From Methanobacteriota archaeon (GTDB lineage: Archaea; Thermoplasmatota; Poseidoniia; Poseidoniales; Thalassarchaeaceae): 64,000 bases of DNA. Below the pieces are notes generated by a model that saw nothing but the letters and a program-made list of their open reading frames with translations, did no database searches and was not told the origin of the DNA. The DNA is taken from NCBI GenBank assembly GCA_004195615.1, contig PSPW01000002.1, positions 58,045 through 122,044 of the forward strand, in the 5' to 3' direction. Of this stretch, positions 9,273 to 18,074 are shown one piece after another. Every line of letters begins with the position of its first letter. Position 1 is the stretch's first letter. Both the position numbers and the translations under genes were made by a program.

Positions 9273-10202
9273 ATGGCAGAACAAGGAAGTAAGAGGCCAG
9301 TTGACACCTCTAACTTGTATGATGGCAAGGTTGTGAGGTCATCTGCACCCAGCAGGAAGAAGGCTGCGGGAACTCTGAAGGCAGACACTGGTATTCCTGA
9401 TGATGCAGTCCCAGAAGTCGCCATTCCAAATTGGATAGAAGCGATTTTTGGCGGACCTGTGCTGGTGAATCGGGAGTTTGTTTCTCCGAATAGGATGGTT
9501 CTGACCCTGCAAATGTGGGCTATTGGATCTCTTTTCGTGCTTTGTTTCCTGACATTCATGCTCACTCCAGTTTCAGGCACAGCATGGTTTACACTAACTA
9601 ACATGATTGGGATTGGTTTCCTGGGACTGTGGCTGCACCTGCTGCTGATTCTTGTCGGAGCGATATCTGGTTTCTGGGGAGTGTGGCAGCGAGATCAACG
9701 GGCTATGCTGCTTTCCTATGTGACCCTAATCCTAGTGACAATCAGGTTTGCAGGCAGCAAAGTGGAGTTTGGTTTGAGCTTCCTCCCTGATAATGAAGTG
9801 ATTCAGAAACTGCTTCTCATTCTCTATGCCGTTTTCCTTGTTGTTTACATAGAGATCTCCAGCGCGGTGATTCGTTTCTCGATGCTGGATACCTCAATCA
9901 GGACAGGTGAGGTTTATGTGATGAACGTGAAGAGTATCACTGACAAATACAACAAGGCATTGGGATACACTCCAGCGGTTGCAGCCGTGGTGGCAACACT
10001 GACCCTATTCATCAATTTCTTCGTCCCTCTTTTTGTACGAATTCTGGACCCGGTGGCTGCGAATAGGCTCGAGGAAAGTGTGGAGCTAACGAGCGTTTAC
10101 GGAGTTGCACTGGGAACCATCATAGTCTTCATAGTAATTGCATTGATGTTCGCAATCAACCTCCCACTGAGGATTCAACAGTACCTAGAAAGTCAATCCT
10201 AG
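9273..10202 (+). CDS. Polytopic membrane protein (about 6-7 TM), unknown function; last gene of the MoxR module
   Basis: ORF begins at GTG 9261, 1 nt after the DUF58 stop; first ATG is at 9273. Multiple hydrophobic helices and no recognisable catalytic motif. Confidence 0.55.
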   Translation: MAEQGSKRPVDTSNLYDGKVVRSSAPSRKKAAGTLKADTGIPDDAVPEVAIPNWIEAIFGGPVLVNREFVSPNRMVLTLQMWAIGSLFVLCFLTFMLTPVSGTAWFTLTNMIGIGFLGLWLHLLLILVGAISGFWGVWQRDQRAMLLSYVTLILVTIRFAGSKVEFGLSFLPDNEVIQKLLLILYAVFLVVYIEISSAVIRFSMLDTSIRTGEVYVMNVKSITDKYNKALGYTPAVAAVVATLTLFINFFVPLFVRILDPVAANRLEESVELTSVYGVALGTIIVFIVIALMFAINLPLRIQQYLESQS

Positions 10203-11300
10203 TTACAGGAAACCACCCATCAAACCTAGATCACTGATCACAAGCATGGCCACGGCCTCGACGACTGGAGCTGCCCGTGGCCCTATGACCGGATCATGCC
10301 GCCCTCCAACCTTGAGAGGCTGGGTCTCGTTACTTGGGAGGTGGAGTGTGAATTGCTCCCTAGGTAGACTGCTAGGTGGTTTGAAGTGAACCAAGACTCG
10401 AATTGGGGCACCGGTAGATCTCCCTCCCAGAGCGCCGTCTGCTTCGCCGGTCTCTGAACCCTCCAATAGTGGAGAGTCTGGTCCTGGAATCCACATGTCA
10501 TTGTTCTCAGAGCCCCTCATCTGAGAAGCCTCAATGCCATTGGAGAACTCAATGGCTCGAGCTCCGGGAATTGCCATCAGCCCTCTGGCCAGAGAGGGCT
10601 CTATACCGTCGAACCAAGGTTCTCCAACTCCAATTGGGAGGCCCCGTATCAGCAACTCAACGACTGAGCCGATGGAGTCCTTCTCTCTTCGGATCTGTTT
10701 GATCACATCGGCCATTCTTGTGGCGGCTTTGGGATCGCGGCAGTTGAGTCTGGACATTTCCGACCCCTCTTCTAGTGGTCCTGATGTATCGAGTTCAATC
10801 AGTGGCCTTGCTGATATCTCTCCGACTCTGCTTAGATGGGCATCACAAGACCACCCGGACTTTTCTAAAATTGTCCTAACCTGACTTCCTGCAGAGACCA
10901 GTCCCAGAGTGAGCCTAGCTGACTGGGAACCTCCGCCACGAGGATCGTTGGAACCCTTGGATCTAATTTCCTCCACCATATCTGCGTGTCCAGGACGAGG
11001 GTGGTCTGGGAGGAATCCGTAGTCTGATGGTCTGGCATCGGAGTTCCTAACTAGCATCAGAAGTGGCCATCCGGTCGCCTTGCCCTCATGGACTCCGGAG
11101 AGAATCTCGCATTCATCGAGTTCCAATCGTGATGACATGCCCTTCCTGCCTGGTCTTCTCTGGGACAAATCATCAGAAAGGGCCTGCAAATCAATTTCTG
11201 TTCCAGGAGGAATTCCCTCGACCAATGCACCAACGCACTTGCCGTGGCTCTCACCGAATAGTGTCACCTTCAACTGGTCACCTAGGTCCATACCCATCAT
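10203..11300 (-). CDS. aroC: Chorismate synthase
   Basis: N-terminus FGESHGKCVGALVEGIPPG and conserved chorismate synthase blocks throughout. Tail-to-tail with the upstream membrane protein with zero spacer. Confidence 0.9.
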   Translation of the reverse strand: MMGMDLGDQLKVTLFGESHGKCVGALVEGIPPGTEIDLQALSDDLSQRRPGRKGMSSRLELDECEILSGVHEGKATGWPLLMLVRNSDARPSDYGFLPDHPRPGHADMVEEIRSKGSNDPRGGGSQSARLTLGLVSAGSQVRTILEKSGWSCDAHLSRVGEISARPLIELDTSGPLEEGSEMSRLNCRDPKAATRMADVIKQIRREKDSIGSVVELLIRGLPIGVGEPWFDGIEPSLARGLMAIPGARAIEFSNGIEASQMRGSENNDMWIPGPDSPLLEGSETGEADGALGGRSTGAPIRVLVHFKPPSSLPREQFTLHLPSNETQPLKVGGRHDPVIGPRAAPVVEAVAMLVISDLGLMGGFL

Positions 11301-12166
11301 GCCACCTCCTCTAGCAGCTCCTCTAGCAGCTCCTCACTGCTTGCAAATCTGGTTGAAATCACGGAAAGCCCCATCCCAGAGATTTTTCGGGATATGGATT
11401 CTGTGTCATCCTCGAAGCAAACTATGGCAATTGCGGGACCGGACCCGCTGACTCCAGAAGCTATGGCCCCTGATGCTATGCAGAGATTGCTGATTCTCAA
11501 AGCCTCGTGATCACCAGTAGCGGCGGATACTGCAATTCCATTTGATGACAAGGCATCTAGGGCCGAACCGCTCATTATCGAAGCCAATGATCTCTCAAAG
11601 ATTGGCCTCTGCTCTGAGAAGCTAGTCGGTGAAATTTCCGCTGAACGTTTGCCTCTGAGGCAAATTAGTACTGACAGACTATCATCCATTGAGCCTTGAA
11701 TAATTACTGAATCGGCTGCCCCCATACTTGGGTCGACCAGTTTCCAACCGGATTCTAGAGAAGCCCAATTATCATCCGTGCTTCCTGTGATGGCGCAATT
11801 TGACATCAACTGAGACTTAGCTGCAAGGTCTGCTATTTCTGAATTAGATAGTCCTGTCCATGCGCAAGAATTCAGTGCCCTAATAGCCGCACATGACAGA
11901 GCCGAGCTGGACTTTAACCCTTGTCCGACTGGGACCGTACTCTCAATCTTCCACCCGAATTCCACAGGTATTGGTAGTCCCTCTTCCCTCCAGCATGACT
12001 CTATAGCATCTAGAAGTCCATGTTCGTCATTATTCACTTCGAGCGTCGTGTCCACAATCTGGACCTCTGTTGCTAGTTGAATTCCTACTGAGCAACCCCT
12101 GTCGGACCCCAATGCATGGAGAATTGAGATTGCCCCATTGGCCCTCCCAGATCCTATGACATTCAC
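11297..12166 (-). CDS. aroK: Archaeal GHMP-kinase-type shikimate kinase
   Basis: GHMP kinase motif region (GLKSSSALSCAAIRA), size about 290 aa, located in the shikimate cluster. GTG start at 12166. Confidence 0.8.
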   Translation of the reverse strand: MNVIGSGRANGAISILHALGSDRGCSVGIQLATEVQIVDTTLEVNNDEHGLLDAIESCWREEGLPIPVEFGWKIESTVPVGQGLKSSSALSCAAIRALNSCAWTGLSNSEIADLAAKSQLMSNCAITGSTDDNWASLESGWKLVDPSMGAADSVIIQGSMDDSLSVLICLRGKRSAEISPTSFSEQRPIFERSLASIMSGSALDALSSNGIAVSAATGDHEALRISNLCIASGAIASGVSGSGPAIAIVCFEDDTESISRKISGMGLSVISTRFASSEELLEELLEEVA

Positions 12167-13095
12167 TTCTCGGCCACCCCCGCATTGAGGGGAAAACCAA
12201 CGTGTCTAGCTCTATTGTCAGTGATGACAGAAATCTTGTCTCCTTCTTTTACTTGGGTTACTGAAATTACCCCTCCATTAGAGGTGATCAATCTTACAGT
12301 CTCTGCTTGCTGAACTACTATTTGTCCCTCTGAACCTGAAACTTCGAATCTAATCATTAGCAGTGGGCGAGTCTCCACTTTCAGTCGTCCGATTGTAGCC
12401 TTCTCTTGTTCACCGGAAGAGGACAGAACTGCTACTTCGTCACCAGAGATTAGTTCACTTAGGTACTTGGTTTTTCCATCTGCCATTAGGACGTAAGAAT
12501 GGACCGCCCCCGCATTTACTCTAAATGGACGAGTGGGGACGTATTCTGATTGAATTGTCTCTCCGTGGAGAAGGCAAAGATTGCCTGAAAGGGATCCAAT
12601 GGCCATCCCTTGCCCATCATTTATTCTCCTTGTTAGGTCAACGCACACCCTTTCTCCCACTCCTGCCCCATCGATTGACAGGACCCGGGCCTCGGCGATA
12701 GTGACTCCAATCTCTGGCGGTTCCTCCTTCTCCCAGATCCCTCCGAGTACTCTAATCGCGTCATCGACCATCTGGATAGGGACTAGAATAGCGTCGACGC
12801 CCCCTCCCATGGCAAAGGCTGCACCGTTGAGTTCTACTTCCTCGTCGATTGCTGCAGCGATCCTGGTACTTGTCCCCCTTGATGCTGCGACTAGATTCTC
12901 CAGTGGGACCATGGTCCAATCGGAGCATCTGACTAGAATCCATGGCACTAGGCCAATGAGGGACAATGCTTCTTCCTGATCTGATGAATCGTCTATTTGT
13001 ACTTCCGAAACATCGTCTGAAAATCCTGTCCAGAATCGACTAACTACATCCATATTGGAATATTCTTCGCCTTCGGAAAGAGACCAGATCTGCAT
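12163..13095 (-). CDS. 3-dehydroquinate synthase II (archaeal aroB')
   Basis: ATG start. Sequence matches the archaeal DHQ synthase II family in composition and length, between aroA' and aroK in the cluster. Confidence 0.8.
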   Translation of the reverse strand: MQIWSLSEGEEYSNMDVVSRFWTGFSDDVSEVQIDDSSDQEEALSLIGLVPWILVRCSDWTMVPLENLVAASRGTSTRIAAAIDEEVELNGAAFAMGGGVDAILVPIQMVDDAIRVLGGIWEKEEPPEIGVTIAEARVLSIDGAGVGERVCVDLTRRINDGQGMAIGSLSGNLCLLHGETIQSEYVPTRPFRVNAGAVHSYVLMADGKTKYLSELISGDEVAVLSSSGEQEKATIGRLKVETRPLLMIRFEVSGSEGQIVVQQAETVRLITSNGGVISVTQVKEGDKISVITDNRARHVGFPLNAGVAEK

Positions 13096-13099
13096 CGAT

Positions 13100-13894
13100 T
13101 CACCTCAGATGCCTTGCTGCCTCTTCTGCATTGGCCCCATCATGGACTATCGCTCTTAGGGACCTAATGTGGGATGCTGGGTCTTCTGCAGCGAATACAT
13201 GCCTGCCAATACACACTCCAGAACCCCCAGCGTTGATTGATTTCTCAACCAGTTCTAGAACCTGTGAGAATTTCTCATCTCTTGGCCCTCCAGAAACCAG
13301 AACTGGGATTGGAACAGATGAAGTTACGATTCTGAAAGACTCTTCGGAACCAGTCCATGGAACCTTGACAGCGTTGCAACCCAACTCCCATGCTAGTCTC
13401 GCAGCATGTGCAACCCCCCCAGTGAGGTCTGATGGATCGACAGACAGATTGACTCCTCTTGGATAGAACATCCCCAACACCGGAAGATCTGCTTCGAAGG
13501 CCTCGGTAGTGATTCTAGACATTCGACCAATCATTTCTGGTTCTGCTGGATCTCCGAGGTTTACCTGGGCTGACATCCCTATTGCCCCTCTGGAATGGCT
13601 CTCCGAGGCGTTAGAGACCAGGACCTTGTCCTGGGATCGAGGGCCACCGTGGATGGTGGATAGGGATGCATGGCAGACAAATCTGCCCCAAGAAGTTCTG
13701 GTAAAATGGTGACTCACCGCCCCCTTATGCATCACTATTGCATCTGCCCCGCCCTCTATCGCCGCATCAACTGCTGAATCGCTGTCCATGATTCCGTGTT
13801 CGGGGAATGAGGACGCACTGTGGTCCATGGGCACCCAAACCCCCCTACCCCTAGGAAGGATTGTTTCCAAGCGTCTTGCTAGGGCATCTGCCAC
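13100..13894 (-). CDS. 2-amino-3,7-dideoxy-D-threo-hept-6-ulosonate (ADH) synthase, DhnA-type class I aldolase (archaeal aroA')
   Basis: VPMDHSASSFPEHG and GADAIVMHKG blocks typical of the fructose-bisphosphate aldolase/ADH synthase family. GTG start. Confidence 0.85.
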   Translation of the reverse strand: MADALARRLETILPRGRGVWVPMDHSASSFPEHGIMDSDSAVDAAIEGGADAIVMHKGAVSHHFTRTSWGRFVCHASLSTIHGGPRSQDKVLVSNASESHSRGAIGMSAQVNLGDPAEPEMIGRMSRITTEAFEADLPVLGMFYPRGVNLSVDPSDLTGGVAHAARLAWELGCNAVKVPWTGSEESFRIVTSSVPIPVLVSGGPRDEKFSQVLELVEKSINAGGSGVCIGRHVFAAEDPASHIRSLRAIVHDGANAEEAARHLR

Positions 13895-13967
13895 GTATTA
13901 TCGCCAATGTCCCCTCTCTTGAATAGTCCCGTTCCCTCTTGTCCTGGTTTCCTCTGTATTTTGCGGA

Positions 13968-14750
13968 TTAGATGTCCAGATCGACGATTACTGGAGCATG
14001 GTCGGAGACAACTAATCCGCCTTCTCTCATGATCTCAGTTGATTTCATCAGCGATCTTGCTGCTTTGTTAGCTAGGATGTAGTCGATTCTCCAGCCCCTG
14101 TCCCTCTCCCTTGCTCTGCGGAAGTTTGACCACCATGAATAGGGGCCCTTCATTGATCCAAGGTGAATTCGCAGAAGATCGTTCCAGCCTGATTCCAGCA
14201 TTCTATCAAACCACTCTCTCTCGTGCGCCAAGAATCCTGATGTGCGCTTATTCCCCTCTGGATTCCATATGTCATCCTCTGTATGCGCAATGTTCAGGTC
14301 CCCACAGAGAAGAGCTGGGTCGGATGATTCGTTGAATTGTTGACTCCACAGTAGCATGTCCTCGAGCCACTGATTCTTGTACTGTTGGCGCTCTTCTCTG
14401 GAGGAGCCGTTCGGCAGGTACATGTTGATGCAACTCAAGTTATCGTGCTTGGTCACCAAGACACGGCCTTCTGGATCACGAGTCTCATCGAGGTCAGTGT
14501 CTATCCCTCTCCCAATCTCAGATATCCCAACCCTGGAACATGACATCACACCAGAATATCCCTTCTTTTGTGCAGGGTGCCAAATTACCTCATACCCCTC
14601 GGGCTGAGGCCAATCCTTTGGCATCTGCTCTGGTAGGGCTCGGACTTCTTGGAAGAGCATGACGTCGGCATCAATCCGTTCTATGAACTCATTAAGCCCC
14701 TTTCGATGAGCAGCCCGAATCCCATTCAGGTTCCAAGTGACGACTCGCAC
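13968..14750 (-). CDS. xth: Exodeoxyribonuclease III (AP endonuclease, Xth family)
   Basis: RVVTWNLNGIRA...MLFQEVRA N-terminus and SDHAPVIVDLD C-terminus. GTG start. Confidence 0.9.
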   Translation of the reverse strand: MRVVTWNLNGIRAAHRKGLNEFIERIDADVMLFQEVRALPEQMPKDWPQPEGYEVIWHPAQKKGYSGVMSCSRVGISEIGRGIDTDLDETRDPEGRVLVTKHDNLSCINMYLPNGSSREERQQYKNQWLEDMLLWSQQFNESSDPALLCGDLNIAHTEDDIWNPEGNKRTSGFLAHEREWFDRMLESGWNDLLRIHLGSMKGPYSWWSNFRRARERDRGWRIDYILANKAARSLMKSTEIMREGGLVVSDHAPVIVDLDI

Positions 14751-14760
14751 GAGGGGGGGC

Positions 14761-17235
14761 TCACTGAGAGAGGTCTTTGACTTTCTCGACTAAATCCATC
14801 CTGCTAATTCTCCACATCCCGTATGGAGTGAGAATTACAGAGATGAAAACAACAATGCCAACAAGTTGTGCTGCAATCATGAAATCAAACTTTACAGTCA
14901 AATAAAATGCCCATTGGACAAATGTAGAAATTAATGCTTGAGTGCCAAATATAGTAAAAATGGTGGCGAGAATGCCGCCTATCAAACCAATAGCGATATG
15001 TTCACCCAACATCATTCCACCTATCCTGTTGATTGGAGCACCAAGCACTCTTAGTGTCGCAATCTCTACGTCTCGTTCTGCAAGATTCATGATTAGTGTA
15101 TTGAATAAAACAACAATTGCAATGATTATTCCAAGCGCAAGAATTGAATTGTATATTGCTTGTTGTTGTTTCAAAAGAGACTCAAAGGTTTTGATTAAGT
15201 CCTCTTTTTGAGTAACTCCAAGTGAAATTTCGCCCAATTCACTGTCGACTACGACCCCCTCTGGCAAATCAATCAAAACAGAGGTCACTTCAATTCCTAC
15301 TACAGGAACGAGATCTTGGCGATGGAAATACACGGTTCGTGACACTTCTCCTTGAGTAATGCCGGTTATCTCAATATCCAACGAAGTTGAACCAAACATA
15401 ATCGTCTGAGTTTGTCCAATTTGCCAATCGAGGAAGTGCTGTAATCCCTCATCAACCAGTACCTGTGTAACTTCAGAATTAGCAACAGGGAGTGTGCCTT
15501 CTTTGAGATCTAAAACTATCATAGAATTATCATTAGTAGAAACCGTATCCAACCCATAGGTCAAGAGATACCTCGTATCTCCCTCTGGGTTAGCCGGAAA
15601 AACTAGCATCGACTCATGAGATGCACCTCTCTCATCAGCCCATTCATTCACTGCCACCTCTCCTCCAAAGGGAACAACAACTTGGGCATCCCAATTCTGG
15701 TTATTCTCAATATTGCCAACTACAGCATCTTCCATTGTGGCCATCATCAGTGTCATACTGCCAAAGATTAGCATTGACAGGCCGACAGCAACGAATGTGA
15801 AGGCTAGTCTAGTTGGTTTTCTAATGCTAGACCTGATAGTTAGACCAACTGTAGAAGGTAATCTCGAAGTTAACTTCTGTAGTCCTCGAGACGAGAGTCT
15901 AATCTGGTGTTGGCCGCGCATGATTTCCAGAGGTTGTAGTCTAGAGGCTTGGATAGCTGGAAAAATTCCAGAAAACAAAACAATTAACATCGCGATTCCA
16001 GAAATTTGCAGAAGGATAGGGGTTACATCTGCAGGTTCAATAATTGGAATTCCCAGTAATTTTTCATACATATTCAGCATGGCTGGAGCACCCAAAAATA
16101 CTCCAAGAATTATACCAAATAAACAACCGATTAAACCTATTAAAATGGGCATCAAGATGTATCCCGGAATAATCGTATTTCGTGGGATTCCAAGTGTTCG
16201 CAATATTGCAATCTCTCTAGCCTGAGATTGTACCAACCTCTGAAGACTCAAGAAGATGGTTATTCCAGCAACTATTGCGATCATTGCAGTAACTGGTTTA
16301 TACATCGACATCGCACCTTCGGCATCGGTACGAAGAAATTCTACAGATTCGATTCCTGAACGACTGTAAACCAATGAAGGAGAATCATCAATATCTTGTA
16401 AGATAGAAGCTAGTTCTACAATAATTAAACTGAGTTCTTCACCTTCGACATCGGTAGAAGTCTGCAAGTCATATTCCGGAGTCTCAACTATGTCGATGAG
16501 TAGAAGATTTGCAGAACCAGAACTAAGATTTGCCAATTTTTCAAGGCCTCCTGAAGTCAAATATCCAGTAGCAAATGTTCCGGGTTCTGAAGGAAATAAT
16601 GAGCCACTCTGGGTAAAGTACAGGTGATTTGAATGATGACCAATACCCACAATGGTGTAATCCATGCTTCCTGCTCCGGAACCTATCGAAATGCTATCAC
16701 CAATCTCAACATTCATTCCTTCAGCCACCCTTGCATCGACTACTATCTCATCATCTGCACTGGCCATAACACCTGAGCAGCAATCGTGGTCCGGAAACCA
16801 CACTCGGTCGACATATCCTTCGTCAATACCATGCCAAACAGCAGGTATGATTGATTCTTCACCATCCTCATTTGTGTGAAACATGACTCCATCGAGTTTC
16901 AAACGAGGTTCGCATTCATTTAGCACTAAATCTGAATCGGGCCATTGATTTGCGATTTCCTCACAAATTGAATCAGCAGTACTGCCATCCCATGCCCAAC
17001 TAGGATTTTCAACCCAAATATCTGCAAGGTTTACTCCCTCATCAGTATCCGCATAGATGTCATCGTACATGCTTGAGGCTGTATGAGCATATGCTGCAAA
17101 AGAAATACCTGCGAAAACACCAACCATCACCATGAGTACCACTGCGATGAGGCGAATCTTTGTTCGCCATAGGCTTCTTGCCAAACGCTTTGTAAGTAGT
17201 CCAAACAAGAATATCACCTCATTCAACAATTTCAT
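14761..17235 (-). CDS. ABC transporter permease, FtsX/MacB-like, with two FtsX 4-TM modules and large extracytoplasmic domains
   Basis: 824 aa. N-terminal TM after LTKRLARSLWRTKIRL, two 4-TM blocks separated by extracellular domains, as in MacB/LolCE-type permeases. Confidence 0.85.
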   Translation of the reverse strand: MKLLNEVIFLFGLLTKRLARSLWRTKIRLIAVVLMVMVGVFAGISFAAYAHTASSMYDDIYADTDEGVNLADIWVENPSWAWDGSTADSICEEIANQWPDSDLVLNECEPRLKLDGVMFHTNEDGEESIIPAVWHGIDEGYVDRVWFPDHDCCSGVMASADDEIVVDARVAEGMNVEIGDSISIGSGAGSMDYTIVGIGHHSNHLYFTQSGSLFPSEPGTFATGYLTSGGLEKLANLSSGSANLLLIDIVETPEYDLQTSTDVEGEELSLIIVELASILQDIDDSPSLVYSRSGIESVEFLRTDAEGAMSMYKPVTAMIAIVAGITIFLSLQRLVQSQAREIAILRTLGIPRNTIIPGYILMPILIGLIGCLFGIILGVFLGAPAMLNMYEKLLGIPIIEPADVTPILLQISGIAMLIVLFSGIFPAIQASRLQPLEIMRGQHQIRLSSRGLQKLTSRLPSTVGLTIRSSIRKPTRLAFTFVAVGLSMLIFGSMTLMMATMEDAVVGNIENNQNWDAQVVVPFGGEVAVNEWADERGASHESMLVFPANPEGDTRYLLTYGLDTVSTNDNSMIVLDLKEGTLPVANSEVTQVLVDEGLQHFLDWQIGQTQTIMFGSTSLDIEITGITQGEVSRTVYFHRQDLVPVVGIEVTSVLIDLPEGVVVDSELGEISLGVTQKEDLIKTFESLLKQQQAIYNSILALGIIIAIVVLFNTLIMNLAERDVEIATLRVLGAPINRIGGMMLGEHIAIGLIGGILATIFTIFGTQALISTFVQWAFYLTVKFDFMIAAQLVGIVVFISVILTPYGMWRISRMDLVEKVKDLSQ

Positions 17236-18031
17236 CAGACTTTACTTTTCCACTGTCAATTCTTACAACTCGTGTAGCATATTCAATCAATGATTCGTCA
17301 TGAGTCACGAAAACGCAGGTTATCCCTTCCGCCTCACATGCCTTGACTAGTACTTCCATGACCATAGATGAGGTCTTTGAGTCTAGGTTTCCCGTCAACT
17401 CATCACCGAGTAGAAGTCTCGGACTCTTGGCAAGGCTTCGGGCGATTGCAACCCTTTGTTGCTGCCCTCCACTTATCTCGGCAGGAAATCTATCCTTCTC
17501 GTTCTCTAAGCCAACAAGCTGGAGAAGTTGGTTTGCCCTTTCCTCATCGCGGCCACCTGATAATTCTTGAATCAGCAATATATTCTCAAGTACAGTTAGA
17601 TCTTGAAGGAGATTGAAAAATTGAAACACATATCCAATATTATCTCTCCTAAACGATGTGGCTTTCTCACTAGCCATTGCTATGGGCCTTGAGTGAGTGA
17701 AGTATTCCAAGGGGAAGAATATGATTTTGGCGAGGGGCCGTAGTAAGAACGCCGTATGCCATGGGAGGGATTCAAGTCGATTCCACCACCTAGGTGCTAA
17801 GGCAGGGACTCTAGGCACTTCCTTTCCAGCAAACTCGTAAGAACCACCGGTGGGGGTGTCCAAAGCAGAGAGGCAGTTCAGAAGGGTGGTCTTACCGGAT
17901 CCTGAAGGACCAAGGAGAATTATTCTCTCTCCCTCATTAATTTCTAGATCAATTCCATCAAGTGCCTTCACAGTTCCTGACGGCATGACATAATGCCGTT
18001 GGACGTTTTCCATTTGCAATAATTTCTTCAT
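17219..18031 (-). CDS. ABC transporter ATP-binding protein (MacB/LolD-like) with about 50-aa insertion after Walker A
   Basis: Walker A GPSGSGKTT, signature LSGGQQQRVAIARSL, Walker B and H-loop. Track start 18097 is TTG; ATG at 18031 (MKKLLQMENV) is preceded by GGTGA. Confidence 0.9.
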   Translation of the reverse strand: MKKLLQMENVQRHYVMPSGTVKALDGIDLEINEGERIILLGPSGSGKTTLLNCLSALDTPTGGSYEFAGKEVPRVPALAPRWWNRLESLPWHTAFLLRPLAKIIFFPLEYFTHSRPIAMASEKATSFRRDNIGYVFQFFNLLQDLTVLENILLIQELSGGRDEERANQLLQLVGLENEKDRFPAEISGGQQQRVAIARSLAKSPRLLLGDELTGNLDSKTSSMVMEVLVKACEAEGITCVFVTHDESLIEYATRVVRIDSGKVKSDEIVE

Positions 18032-18074
18032 TTTTTCACCTTTTCTTTCAATGAGCAGGACAACTGTTTCGACA

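Noticed and set aside
15713-16225. 170-aa plus-strand ORF inside the FtsX permease gene
   Set aside because: Hydrophobic mirror-image of the opposite-strand TM segments. No independent start context.
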